Origin: Leucoraja ocellata
Taxonomy: Eukaryota
Assembly (NCBI GenBank): GCA_036785375.1
Contig: JAWMAR010000878.1
Location: 372,001 to 436,000 of the forward strand
Direction of reading: 5' to 3'
DNA: 64,000 nucleotides
In this document: one piece after another, positions 1-13,204 of the stretch
How the letters are laid out: every line of letters starts with the position of its first letter
Numbering within the stretch: position 1 is the stretch's first letter
The notes under the pieces: generated by a model
The model's database searches: none
The model's input: the letters and a program-made list of their open reading frames with translations, nothing else
What the model was told of the DNA's origin: nothing
Made by a program: the position numbers and the translations under genes

Positions 1-159
1 CTCTCTCCATCCCTCCCCTACCCAAGTCGCACCAGCTTCTCATTCTCATTTAGCAAATGGCTAACAATGGCCAGTTTCCTTTATCATCGTTACTTTTTTG
101 CTTCTCTTTCGCAGTCCTGGTCTGCCTCCGTCCTAAATCATTGCCCTTTATCGTTTCAG

Positions 160-347
160 TTTGCACAAGAAAAGGTCAAACAGCAAGAAGCCGGGACCTG
201 TGCCTGGCGTCAAACGTTCACCGTCCAACAGTTCAGTCAACAGTCTGAGTAGCTACATCAGCAACAGCAGCAATGTCAGCAACTCCTCCAAGCGCTCTCA
301 GCGCTCTCTGCACCTCAGCAGCAGCAGCGGCTGGCAGGAGCCCGTCG
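160..347 (+). pseudogene. SUN2: SUN2-like exon B (copy 1)
   Basis: Paralog of 23444-23622 with a 9-nt in-frame duplication. Confidence 0.7.
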
Positions 348-644
348 GTACGTGTCCGGGGTGAAAGCAGGGCACCGGCACATTTCTTTAGTCAGAGGCT
401 GGTGAATTAGTGTAATTCATTGCCACTGAAGGCTGTGGAGGCCAAGTCAGTCGATATATTTAAGGCAGAGATAGACAGATTCTTCATTAGTACAGGGGTT
501 ACGGGGAGAACGCAGGAGAATGGGGTCAGGAGGGAGAGATAGTTCTGCCATGGTGGAATGTCGGAGTAGACTTGATGGGCCGAATGGCCTAATTTTCCTC
601 CTATCACTTATGCTCTTTTGACATCAGTGTTCTTAAAGCCTTAA

Positions 645-3600
645 CCCTTCCCTCCAACATACTGGTTAAGGGCTTCTCCATGGTTTAAAGTACCGCGATC
701 ACTGGTGCACGTCGGACTCGTGCAACAGTATCTCAGTTTTAGTTGGAAACGAGCCCTTTGGCCCAACGAGTCCGCGCTGACCAGCGATCATCGCACAGCT
801 GCTGTGAGACTTTGCCTATCCCGCCGGGTGCTGGGAGGCGGACAGGAGAGGGGTGAGTGGAGGATGTTGGGGGTTGTGGGGGGTGAGTGGAGGATGTTGG
901 GGGGTGTGGGGGGGTGAGTGGAGGATGTGGGGGGGTGAGTGGAGGATGTTGGGGGTGCGGGGTGAACACCCCATTGCTGGGGTAGGGTGAGGTTGAGTGG
1001 GCTATTACAAGGCGCAGTTATCGGGACATGGGGTGGGTGTATGTGCTGTTACTGGGAAGGGGGTGAGGGACATGTAAGCGGGCTGACGGTTGGGAGGGTA
1101 AATTAAGTGGGTGGGGTGTGAGGGTCCCGTTACTGGGGCAGGTGAGGGGCTGTTCGTGAGGTGGGTTGTGGGTGGGCGAGTGGGCCGTGGACTGACACTG
1201 GGCAGGAGCTAAACGTGTTGTACAGATTTCCCAGATGCTGGGTTACATCAGGGGGACTGTTATTTGGGGCAGCTAATCNNNNNNNNNNNNNNNNNNNNNN
1301 NNNNNNNNNNNNNNNNNNNNNNNNNNNNNNNNNNNNNNNNNNNNNNNNNNNNNNNNNNNNNNNNNNNNNNNNNNNNNNNNNNNNNNNNNNNNNNNNNNNN
1401 NNNNNNNNNNNNNNNNNNNNNNNNNNNNNNNNNNNNNNNNNNNNNNNNNNNNNNNNNNNNNNNNNNNNNNCAAAATAGCAGTGTGATAATGGCCCCAACA
1501 ATTTCACTGGTGATTCCACAGAGAATCACAAGCATCTTGCTCTCTATGGGTCTGCTTGTAACTCACAATCGGTGCAGCAAAGCATAAGTGGATGGATTCC
1601 TCAGATGGTGGGCTTGCTGTGCGAGAGATTAAACAGACTGGACTTACAGTATATTCTCTGGAGTTTAGAAGAATGAGAGGTGATCTCATTGAAACATGCA
1701 ACGTTCTTGCTGGGCTTGAAAGACTAAAGGTAGAGATGATGTTTCCCCCCACTGTGGCGCCTAGTCGCAGGGGTCACAGTCTCAAAGTAAGGCAGCTCTG
1801 TTCAGGATTGTAAGGAAGAGACATCCTTTCACCTTGCTCAGGGCAGCACGGTGGCACAGCGGCAGAGTTGTTGCCTTACAGCGCCAGAGACCCGGGTTCG
1901 ATTCCGATTGCGAGTGGTGTCTTTACGGAGTTTGTATGTTCTCCCCGTGACCCTCGTGAGTTTTCATAAGGTCATAAGTGATAGGAGCAGAATTAGGCCA
2001 TTCGGCTCATCAAGTCTACTCCGCCATTCAATCATCTATCCAACCCTCCTAANNNNNNNNNNNNNNNNNNNNNNNNNNNNNNNNNNNNNNNNNNNNNNNN
2101 NNNNNNNNNNNNNNNNNNNNNNNNNNNNNNNNNNNNNNNNNNNNNNNNNNNNNNNNNNNNNNNNNNNNNNNNNNNNNNNNNNNNNNNNNNNNNNNNNNNN
2201 NNNNNNNNNNNNNNNNNNNNNNNNNNNNNNNNNNNNNNNNNNNNNNNNNNNNNNNNNNNNNNNNNNNNNNNNNNNNNNNNNNNNNNNNNNNNNNNNNNNN
2301 NNNNNNNNNNNNNNNNNNNNNNNNNNNNNNNNNNNNNNNNNNNNNNNNNNNNNNNNCCTCCAACCCTTTCCTCCAACATACTGGTTAAGGGCTTCTCATT
2401 GGTTTAAAGTACCGCGATCACTGGTGCACGTCGGACTCGTGCAACAGTATCTCAGTTTTAGTTGGAAACGAGCCCTTTGGCCCAACGAGTCCGCGCTGAC
2501 CAGCGATCATCGCACAGCTGCTGTGAGACTTTGCCTATCCCGCCGGGTGCTGGGAGGCGGACAGGAGAGGGGTGAGTGGAGGATGTTGGGGGTTGTGGGG
2601 GGTGAGTGGAGGATGTTGGGGGGTGTGGGGGGGTGAGTGGAGGATGTGGGGGGGTGAGTGGAGGATGTTGGGGGTGCGGGGTGAACACCCCATTGCTGGG
2701 GTAGGGTGAGGTTGAGTGGGCTATTACAAGGCGCAGTTATCGGGACATGGGGTGGGTGTATGTGCTGTTACTGGGAAGGGGGTGAGGGACATGTAAGCGG
2801 GCTGACGGTTGGGAGGGTAAATTAAGTGGGTGGGGTGTGAGGGTCCCGTTACTGGGGCAGGTGAGGGGCTGTTCGTGAGGTGGGTTGTGGGTGGGTGAGT
2901 GGGCCGTGGACTGACACTGGGCAGGAGCTAAACGTGTTGTACAGATTTCCCAGATGCTGGGTTACATCAGGGGGACTGTTATTTGGGGCAGCTAATCNNN
3001 NNNNNNNNNNNNNNNNNNNNNNNNNNNNNNNNNNNNNNNNNNNNNNNNNNNNNNNNNNNNNNNNNNNNNNNNNNNNNNNNNNNNNNNNNNNNNNNNNNNN
3101 NNNNNNNNNNNNNNNNNNNNNNNNNNNNNNNNNNNNNNNNNNNNNNNNNNNNNNNNNNNNNNNNNNNNNNNNNNNNNNNNNNNNNNNNNNNNNNNNNNNC
3201 ACTCTGACTCAAAATAGCAGTGTGATAATGGCCCCAACAATTTCACTGGTGATTCCACAGAGAATCACAAGCATCTTGCTCTCTATGGGTCTGCTTGTAA
3301 CTCACAATCGGTGCAGCAAAGCATAAGTGGATGGATTCCTCAGATGGTGGGCTTGCTGTGCGAGAGATTAAACAGACTGGACTTACAGTATATTCTCTGG
3401 AGTTTAGAAGAATGAGAGGTGATCTCATTGAAACATGCAACGTTCTTGCTGGGCTTGAAAGACTAAAGGTAGAGATGATGTTTCCCCCCACTGTGGCGCC
3501 TAGTCGCAGGGGTCACAGTCTCAAAGTAAGGCAGCTCTGTTCAGGATTGTAAGGAAGAGACATCCTTTCACCTTGCTCAGGGCAGCACGGTGGCACAGCG

Positions 3601-3792
3601 GCAGAGTTGTTGCCTTACAGCGCCAGAGACCCGGGTTCGATTCCGATTGCGAGTGGTGTCTTTACGGAGTTTGTATGTTCTCCCCGTGACCCTCGTGAGT
3701 TTTCATAAGGTCATAAGTGATAGGAGCAGAATTAGGCCATTCGGCTCATCAAGTCTACTCCGCCATTCAATCATCTATCCAACCCTCCTAAN
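645..3792 (+). repeat. Near-identical tandem duplication (645-2052 / 2357-3792) broken by N gaps; probable assembly artefact
   Basis: Near-identical copies with gaps starting at the same internal positions. Confidence 0.8.
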
Positions 3793-5651
3793 NNNNNNNN
3801 NNNNNNNNNNNNNNNNNNNNNNNNNNNNNNNNNNNNNNNNNNNNNNNNNNNNNNNNNNNNNNNNNNNNNNNNNNNNNNNNNNNNNNNNNNNNNNNNNNNN
3901 NNNNNNNNNNNNNNNNNNNNNNNNNNNNNNNNNNNNNNNNNNNNNNNNNNNNNNNNNNNNNNNNNNNNNNNNNNNNNNNNNNNNNNNNNNNNNNNNNNNN
4001 NNNNNNNNNNNNNNNNNNNNNNNNNNNNNNNNNNNNNNNNNNNNNNNNNNNNNNNNNNNNNNNNNNTGCCATTTGACGACACAAACTCCCCCTGCATAAC
4101 ACCTGTTCAGCAAGGTGTGGAAAGTGATGCAGCTTCTGCTAAAGAGCATCGTTCCATTCCAATCTCCAGGTTGTATCAGCAGCAACTCCCTGTGTATCCA
4201 TCCACTTAAAATCATGAAGGAATCCACTTCCTGCAGCGTTTTGGAGATAATATTCTGGATCCTGTCAGTATTGATGCTGTGACCTCTGTTTATTGATCCC
4301 TCAATAGCAAATCCTCTCTCGTGTAAAACCCTGCTACAATCTTCAACGTTTGATAGGTCATCTCTTTTACCTTCTCTGTTCCGAGAGGACTCCTAACTTT
4401 TCCAAATTACTCTTTACTGTAATTCTAGACACTCTCTAAATCAATTCTTCGGCTTGAAGTCTGAAGAAGGGTCCCCACCCGAAACATCACCCATCCTTTT
4501 TCAGACAGAGATGCTGCCTGACCCGCTGAGTTACTCCAGAACTTTGTGTCTATCTTAGGCTTTTGACATCCTTCCTTTAATTTAGTTTAGAGATACAGCG
4601 TGGAAACAGGCCCTTCGGCCCACCGAGTCGGCACCGATCAGCGATCCCCGCACACTAACAGTTGAGCCGTGGGCCGATCAGTTGCATGGTGCTTTTGTGA
4701 ACAGCACCACAAACATTGGGCCATGTGACCCTTTGAACATTGTAAACCTTGAGAGAGAAGTTTGCTTTGTTGACATCTTGCTCTTCTTTCCCACCCCCCA
4801 GGTTTGGCGTACTCTGAATTGTTCTCTCCCCTTGCCAAGCTGTGGGGCTGGATCTCGCTGCTGTCTCCAGGTACCTGCATTAGTAATCTTCCCTCTTCTG
4901 TGGTCCATGGCCCCACAACTCTGCTCCAGTCAACCAGTGCCCTGCTGATACTGGACCCAGTGGTGAGGTACAGCCCGCTGCTCTCTCCTTAAACTCCCAG
5001 GGTTTGCACAAGGCCTGGTCCCCAGTGCTCTGTTGTTCATGCAGCCTAAGGACCACAGTCAGTGCAGGAGGAAGCCACCTTCCAGCTTGGTACTCCAGTG
5101 TGTTCCCTCAGCCTGACTGGGTCACTCACTGAGATGAGTGGTGAGTTGCCCAGAGGACCATAGAGTCAAGAGACGACTGACTGTCAATGCTCGGTTACTC
5201 GAGGCCAACTGAAGTCATGTTGTAACACCTAAGGGAGGCCTGGTTTGTGCTCCAGGATCACTGGGTTGATGAAAGAATAGGATCCCCTTTAGAATAAATC
5301 TAGATCTCTCTAACTTCAAGTAATCCTCTCTCTCCGTCCCTCCCCCTCCTTTGTCATTGTACTAGTTTCACTGTCGTCCTGGTGAGTTTCATTGTCTGTA
5401 TCATTCGTTAACACCGAGCCCACAGCCAACCAACAATGGACCCTTTCCTTCATCATCGTTACTTTTTTGCACATCGTTCATTCATTTGTTCCATGTCTCT
5501 CTACATCACCGTCTATATCGCTTGTTTCCCTTTCCCCTGACTCTCAGTCTGAAGAAGGGTCTGTGTTGGAGAGTCTGAGCTTTCTCCGCTTCCACTGATG
5601 TGAAGCATCGGGGCCCAACGTTGTCTAATATTGTGTTGCTGTCTCTTTCAG

Positions 5652-5745
5652 AAAAAGCTCTGCCCCTGGTGTACTGGTGGTTGGGCACAGCCTGGTACCA
5701 GTTAACAACGGCCATCTCCTTGATCGATGTCTTTACTCTGCCCAG
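5652..5745 (+). pseudogene. SUN2: SUN2-like WW exon (copy 1)
   Basis: KALPLVYWWLGTAWYQLTTAISLIDVFTLPR with AG/GT boundaries. Confidence 0.85.
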
Positions 5746-5974
5746 GTATATGCTCCGGGGATCCACAGACTCCATTCCTCCACCTGGTCACACCCATCCC
5801 CACTGCCTCCTCCATCTCCTCCCCACCTCTGTACTGAACACACCCTCCCACAGGACACCCAGTCACACTGAACCACCGATAAATAGACAATAGACCATAG
5901 GTGCAGGAGTGGGCCATTCAGCCCTTCAAGCCAGCAATGTGATCATGGCTGATCATCCACATTAAGTACCCCGG

Positions 5975-7440
5975 TCAGAATCGGCAGGTGAAAGGCAGAG
6001 ATCGAGGAAGGAGTGTTGGTTTAAACTGCACGTAAAGGGGCCTGACGGGGAAGGCAGATGAGCTGAGGGCATGGATAGGTACGAGCGACTGGGACCTTGT
6101 AGCCATGTCTGAAACCTGCTTAAGGGAGGGGCAAGACTGGCAGCTCAATGTTCCCAGGGTACAGGAGCTTCAGGGCAGACAGGGGTGAGGGAAAAAGAGG
6201 AGGGGGGTTGCATTGCTGGGTAAGGAGGATGTCACGGCAGTGTTCAGAGGTGACATTACGGACGGTTCCTTTAGTGAGGCTATATGGGTGGAGCTGAGGA
6301 ACAAGAAAGGGATGATCGCCTTGTTAGGGGTGTACTACAGACACCCGAATAGTCAATGGGAATTAGAAGAACAAATGTGCCAGGAGATTGCAGACAGCTG
6401 CTGGTCAAATAAGGTTGTTGTAGTAGGGGATTTTAACTTTCCCAATATAGACTGGGGAAATCATAGCGTGAAGGATTTAAATGGGGTGCAATTCCAAACG
6501 TGTTGAGGAGAGTTTTCTTAAACAGTATGTGGAGGCCCCCACACGTGAGAGGGCAACACTGGATCTTGTATTGGGAAATTGGGAAGGCAAGTTAATGAAG
6601 TGTGTGTGGAGGAGCCTTTTGGGTCCAGTGACCACAGTTCGATTAGGTTTAAGATTTAATACAGAGATGTGTGAGTTGTTGCATTTTGGGACATTGAACA
6701 AGGGTAGGACCCACACAGTAAATGGTAGGGCTCTGGGTAGTGTTGTAGAGCAGAGGGATCTAGGAGTATAGGTTCATGGTTCCTTGAGGATCAAGTCGCA
6801 CGTAGATAAGGTGGTCAAAAAGGATTTGGCACATTGGCCTTCATCAGTCAGAGATTTGATTGTGGAAACTGGGAGGTCATGTTGCAGTTGTATAAGACGT
6901 TGGTGAGACCGCATTTAGAATATTGCATTCAGTTTGGGGCACCATGTTATAGGGAAAATTTTGTCAAGCTTGAAAGGGTTCAGAGAAAATTTACGAGAAT
7001 GTTGCCAGGACTCGAGGTTGTGAGCTATGGGGAGAGGTTGAGTAGGCTGGGTCTCTATTCCATGGAGCGCAGCAGCATGAGGGGAGATCTTATAAAGGTA
7101 TTCAAAATCATGAGAGGAATAGATTGGGTAGATGCACAGTTTCTTGCCCAGAGTAGGGGAATCGAGGACCAGAGGACATATGTTCAAGGTGAAGGGGAAA
7201 AGATTTAATAGGTATCCGAAGGGTAACGTTTTCACACACAAGGTGGTGGGTGTATGGAACAAGTTGCCAGAGGAGGTAGTTGAGGCTGAGACTATCCCAT
7301 CGTTTTAAAATACAATTAGATAGGTACACGGATAGGACAGGTTTGGAGGAATATGGACTAAGTGCAGTCAAGTGGGACTAGTGTAGCTGGAACATTGTTG
7401 GTCGGTGTGGGCAAGTTGGGCCGAAAGGCCTGTTTCCAAA
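5975..7440 (+). mobile_element. CR1 LINE, internally deleted (APE + RT C-terminus + 3' UTR); paralog at ~27525-28990
   Basis: EAIWVELRNKKG, GDFNFPNIDW, PTRERATLDLVLGN, LYKTLVRPHLEYC motifs. Confidence 0.9.
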
Positions 7441-8149
7441 TTGTATCACTCTATGACTCTAGTCTGTGTAGGGTAGTGTTAGTGGGCGGGAATCGTTGGC
7501 CGGTGCTGACTAGGTGGGCCGAAGGGCCTGTTTCAGTGCTGCGTCTTTAAACTAAACTTAAAAAATGATAAACTATTTATTGTACCCCAGGTAAACCCAC
7601 CACAGGCCAACCCACTTGTAGTACCCCAGATAAACCCACTAGAAACAGAAATAAACATAGACAAATGGTGCAGGAGTAGGCCATTCGGCCGTTCGATCCA
7701 TGGACTACAAGATAGCCTGCCCACACTCTACCCCAGATACATCCACAGAACAGCCCTCTGATCCTGTACCCTAGGTTGACTAATCTTTGCACCAGTGTCA
7801 ACATGGCTCTGAGCTTTGAGTTTGTGAAGTGAAGGTCAGTCAGCAGCGTGGGTCCATGGAGGGGTCTGTCCATCTCTTGACCATAATCATTGACCTGATT
7901 CTGTCTGTTTGATGGGAGCATTCTATTTGCTTGAAACGTGTGTGACAAGGAACTGGAGATGGTGTTTTAAACCAATGATAGATACAAAAAGCTAGAGTAA
8001 CTCAGCGGGTGGGGCGCTCCCCTGGAGAGAAGGAATGGGTGACATTTCAGGACAACGCCCTTCTTCAGCCTCCAGAGATGCTGCCCGACCCACTGAGTTA
8101 CAGCGGCTTTTTCTATCCATCTCGCTTTTGATGGGGTTGGGTTCAATAG

Positions 8150-9795
8150 CCGGCAGCTTTAGCGTTTTCAATCCAAAGGCGGCTTTAGAGTTTTGAAACC
8201 AAAGGCAGCTTTAGCGTTTTGAAACCAAATCTTATAGAAAAATATAAAATTATAATATGACTGGACAAGCTAGATGCAGGAAAAATGTTCCCAATGTTGG
8301 GCAAGTTGTGAATTTATGGAATTCCCTGCCACTGAGGGCATTGGAAGCCAAGTCACTGGGTAGATTTAAGAGAGAGTTAGATAGAGCTATGGGGCCTAGT
8401 GCAGTCAATGATTATGGGGAGAAGGCAGGTATGGGTTATTGATAGGGGACGATCAGCCATGATCACAATGAATGGCGATGCTCAAAGGGACGAATGGCCT
8501 CCTCCAGCACCTATTTTCTATGTTTTAGCGTTTTCAAACCTTAGACAACTTTAGTGTTTTGAAACCAAAGGCGGCTTTAGCGTTTTGAAACCAAAGGCGG
8601 CTTTATTTGAGAAAGAGAACGTTAAATCGGAAGTGGCAGTGATGCAGTTGAACAAAGGGGACTATGAAGGCATGAGAGGGGAGCTGGCCAATGTAGACTG
8701 GAAAGTGATCCTAGCAGGAATGAAGGTGGAACGGCAATGGCAGGAATTTCTGGCCATAAACCGGAAGACGCAGGATCATTTCATTCTAAAAAGGAACAAA
8801 GATTCTAAGGGGAGTAGGAGGCAACCGTGGCTGACAAGAGAAGTCAGGGATAGAATAAAACTAAAAGAAAAGATGTATAACATAGCAAAGAGTAGCCGGA
8901 AGCCAGAGGATTGGGAAACTTTCAGAAGACAATAGAAGGAAACAAAACGGGCAATAAGGGCTGTAAAGATGAAATACGAAGGGAAGCTGTCCAGGAATAT
9001 AAAGAAGGACCGTAAAAGCTTCTTTAGATATATTAAGGGCAAATGCGTAGCAAAGTCAAATGTGGGTCCCTTGAAAGCAAACACGGGTGAAATTATTATG
9101 GGCAACAAGGAAATGGCAGAACAGTTGAATATGTACTTCGGATCTGTCTTCACTAAGGAAGACACAAACAATCTCACAGATGTACTGTAAGGGGGTAAAG
9201 GAACTGAAATAATTTTTCATAAGGCGAGGAATAGTATTGGGTAGGCGAATGGGACATTAGGATCTTATAGAAACATATAAAATTATAATATGACTGGACA
9301 AGCGAGATGCAGTAAAAATGTTCCCAATGTTGGGCGAGTCCAGAACCAGGGGCCACAGTCTTAGAATAAAGGGGAGGTCATTTAAGACTGAGGTGAGAAA
9401 AAACATTTTCTCCCAGAGAGTTGTGAATTTATGGAATTCCCTGCCACAGAGGGCAGTGGAAGCCAAGTCACTGGATGAACTTAAGAGAGAGTTAGATAGA
9501 GCTCTAAGGGCTAGTGGAGTCAAGGGATATGGGGAGAAGGCAAGGTACGGGTTATTGATAGGGGACGATCAGCCATGATGGCCTCCTCCGGCACCTATTT
9601 TCTATGTTTTAGTGTTTTCAAACCAAAGGTGGCTTTAGCTTTTTGAAATCAAAGGCAACTTTTGCATTTTGAAACCAAAGACGGCTTTATTTGAGAAGGA
9701 GCATGTTAATTCGGAAGTGGCAGTGATGCAGTTGAACAAAGGGGACTATGAAGGCATGGGAGGGGAGCTGGCCAATGTAGACTGGAAAGGGATCA
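8150..9795 (+). repeat. Tandem cassette of 25-26 bp minisatellite + deleted CR1
   Basis: Unit GGCAGCTTTAGCGTTTTCAAACCAAA repeats joined to CR1 fragments with shared junctions. Confidence 0.85.
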
Positions 9796-10199
9796 TTTCA
9801 TTGGAGGTCAGGATTAAACCGAGTCTCTGGCGCTGTGGGGCAGCAGCTCAACCAGCTACACCACTGTGCCCACCATTCTCTAATGCCAATTCAATCCAGT
9901 GGTGTCCACTACTGGGCAACAACAATCCTCCAGTTTTGATTTGTCTGCAGCTTCATCAGGGAAAGAGGGCCGGCAAGTTTAGGGAAAGCCCAGAAAGTCA
10001 ATGTTTTGTTTGTGGTGGTTTTAACCTTGGTGGTGTATGTGAAAGATGTGAATGAATTCCTCTGACTCTGTTTCTGAATGTGACATTCCCAAATGTCATC
10101 CAGTTCTCTGTGAAAAGACATTGATCGCCCGGGCCACTTCTAGACCAAAGCCTCGTCTAATTTTTCATGGTCAGCATTTTGCTCTGAGATATGTTTAAC

Positions 10200-10470
10200 T
10201 GTTGTATGTTCCTGTCTGTTCTGTTTGTGGACGGGCCTTGGATGTCCATGTAAGTGTACAACATCACGTGGCACAGTCAGGGAGTGTGACGTGGTCTGAA
10301 GTAGAGGTGCTGCTGTGCCAGTGGATTAAGAAGGGAGTCGATGTATTCTGCTACCCGACAGGATTCACTTCCACAGTCACATACAATGGGCCTTCCTGGA
10401 CGTATTTCCCCAGGTTCTGTCCACCTGTCCGGGTGTTTGTGTATTTTGGGGAAAATGTAGAATTTTTACA
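10200..10470 (-). mobile_element. Old Penelope-like RT fragment
   Basis: KFYIFPKIHK...PGRPIVCDCGSESCRVAEYIDSLLNPLAQ, a PLE RT N-terminal motif. Confidence 0.8.
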
Positions 10471-10789
10471 CCCGTGGTTCAAAGGTCTTTTATTGTCACA
10501 TTTACATTGATATGTAAATTATTCTCGGGTATTCTAATGGTTTGTGACAATGTGTGTATTCGCTCTGTGACCTGCGTGGGTTTACTCCAGGAGGTTCCGG
10601 TTTCCTCCCACACTCTTAAGACGTACAGGTTCGGAGGCTAATTGGCTTGGTATAAATGTTAATTGCCACTTGTGTGTGTAGGATTGTGTTAGTATGCGGG
10701 GATCGCAGGTCGGCGCTGGCCTGTTTCGCACTGTATAATTAACTGGATTTGATAAGGAAATTCGAGCCATAATATAATAAGTTTTAATC

Positions 10790-12860
10790 TCCAATTTGAG
10801 AGGGGGAAGGAAAAATCGGAAGTGTCAGTATTACAATTGAAGAAAGGGGACTATCGAGCTAAGAGGGATGAGCTGGCCAAAGGTGACGGGAAATTATACC
10901 CCAGCAGGAATGACAGTGGAACAACAATGGCAGGTATTTCTGGGAATAATACAGAAGGTGCAGGATCAATTAATTCCAAAGAGGAAGAAAGATTCCAAGG
11001 GGAGTAAGGGGCGACCATTGGCTGACAAGGGAAGTCAGGGACAGTATAAAAATAAAAGAGAAGTATAACCTAGCAAAGATGAGCGGGAAGCCAGAGGATT
11101 GGGACACTCTTATAGAGCAACAGAAGATAACTAAAAAGGCAATACGGGGAGAAAAAATGAGGTACGAAGGTAAGCTTGCCAAGAATATAAGGGAGAATAG
11201 TAAAAGCTTCTTTAGGTATATGAAGAGGAAAACATTAGTTAGACCAAAGTTGGACCTTTTTTTGTTGTTGTTTATTTTATTAGAAGTTAATATAGTACGA
11301 AACAGTACAGTGGAACCTAATTTTAGGTGCCAACTATGTCATACCGTAATCCATTCCATGTACAACCTCTAGTTTTATGTTTTGAGAAGGAAGTAAGCAA
11401 GACAAGAAAAAGAAAACAATAGAAAGGGGAAAAAGTGGAAAAATAGATGGTAGAGAATAGAAAAACGTGAAGTGTGTATATAAAAAAAAAGAAAAAGTGG
11501 GAAGTAAAAATAGAAGAGAAGGCCCCTTAAAAGAGAATTTTTCAAATCTTTATTCGGAGATGTAGATTAGCATGAACTGAAATCAGCAATCTTTACGGTA
11601 CCGCTGCATCACATGATTCCAAAAAGTCGATGAAAGGAGACCAACTCCTTAAGAATTGGTCATATTTATCTATTAGTCGGAGTCTCATTTCTTCAAGGCG
11701 TGCTAAGTCCATCATATTCCTAATCCACATTTTAACATTTGGTATGGTTGTATTTTTCCAAAATTTAAGTATCAATTTCTTTCCAATTATTAACCCATAA
11801 TTAAAAAAAACGTTTTGGTCTTTATTTAAATTGAAGTTGGACCCTTGAAGACTGAAACAGGTGAATTTATTATGAGGAACAAGGACATGGGAGACGAGTT
11901 GAACAGGTACTTTGGATCTGTCTTCACTAAGGAAAACACAAACAATCTCCTGATGTACTAGTGGCCAGAGGATCTAGGGTAACAGAGGAACTGAAGGAAA
12001 TTCCCATCAGGCGAATGGTGTTGAATAGACTGATGGGACTGAAGGCTGATAAATATCCAGGCGCTGATGGGCTGCCTCCCAGGGTATTTAAGGAAGTGGC
12101 TCTAGAAATTGTGGACGCATTGTTGATCATTTTCCAATGTTCTATAGATTCTGGATCAGTTCCTGTGGATTGGAGGGTAGCTAATGTTATCCCATTTTTT
12201 AAGAAAGGCGGGAGAGAGAAAATAGGGAATTATTCACCAGTTAGCCTGACGCGGTAGTGGAGAAGATGCTGGAGTCAATTATAAAAGATGAAATAGCGGC
12301 ACATTTGGATAGCAGTAACAGGATCGGTCCAAGTCAGCATGGATTTACGAAGGGCAAATCGTGCTTAACTAATCTTCTGGAATTTTTTGAGGATGTAACT
12401 AGGAAAATTGACAAAGGAGAGCCAGTGGTTGTAGTGTACCTGGACTTTCAGAAAGCATTTGATAAGGTATGTGAAGAGGAAAACATTAGTTAGACCAAGG
12501 TTGGACCCTTGAAGACTGAAACAGGTGAATTTATTATGAGGAACAAGGACATGGCAGACCAAATAAGAGATTAGTGGGCAAAATTAGAGCACATGGTAGG
12601 TTACTGACATGGATAGAAATTTGTTTGGCAAACAGGAAACAAAGACGGGATAAATAGTTCCCTTTCAGAATGGCAGGCAGTGACTAGTGGGGTACCCCAA
12701 GGCTCGGTGCTGGGACCGCAGGTATTTACAATATAGATGAATGATTTAGATGAACGGATTAAAAGTAGCATTAGCAAATTTGCAGATGACACAAGGCTGG
12801 GTGGCCATGATCTTTTCGAAGGGCCGAATGGCCTACTCCTGCACCCATTGTCTATTGTCT
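10790..12860 (+). mobile_element. CR1 LINE, deleted/rearranged
   Basis: [62 protein letters not shown]. Confidence 0.9.
11257..11833 (-). mobile_element. 5'-truncated L1 inserted in CR1 with 10-bp TSD
   Basis: ORF2 C-terminus ILKFWKNTTIP...WSPFIDFL; A-rich tail; TSD AAGTTGGACC at 11247-11256 and 11834-11843. Confidence 0.85.
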
Positions 12861-12899
12861 ATCTCTAAACTAAACATATAAATGCGCCATGATTGTTTT

Positions 12900-13190
12900 G
12901 AGCCATTGTAAAATGTCTTCAATTAGTCTTTCCTTATAGATGGGCTTTGTCAACTTAGTGCAGTGCTCTGTTTTACTTCATAGTCTGTGTGCCTCGAATA
13001 AGTATTGTTGTTTGTCCATGACAACTCTGTTCTTCCCCTTATCTGCTGCTTTGATGATCATTTCCCTGTTGTCTTTCACCTCTCTTAGGATTTGGGTATT
13101 GTAAGCCAAGTTTACAGCTGAAGAGGAGAGCCAGCATCTGGCTGATGGAGGGAAAAGACAAGGCCAGGTGAGCAAAGTTTTGTGAAAGTT
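12900..13190 (-). mobile_element. Penelope-like pre-RT fragment, upstream part of the 10200-10470 element
   Basis: LREVKDNREMIIKAADKGKNRVVMDKQQYLFEAHRL matches the PLE IKxADKG..VxMD..Y motif. Confidence 0.75.
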
Positions 13191-13204
13191 GTTTTTTAAT
13201 AGGA

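Larger units (their letters stand above)
1..9795 (+). repeat. Segmental duplication, copy 1
   Basis: Colinear high identity with 23285-~31250; lacks blocks equivalent to 26300-26406 and 26676-27110. Confidence 0.95.

Noticed and set aside
1841-1915. tRNA gene
   Set aside because: A/B boxes continue into a SINE body found many times in the window; no full cloverleaf
645-3792. Biological tandem duplication of candidate exons
   Set aside because: Near-identical copies with gaps at the same positions suggest a scaffolding or haplotype artefact
7774-7831. Possible next SUN2 (transmembrane) exon after CCCTAG
   Set aside because: Reads RLTNLCTSVNMALSFEFVK then stop; no hydrophobic TM run or convincing donor
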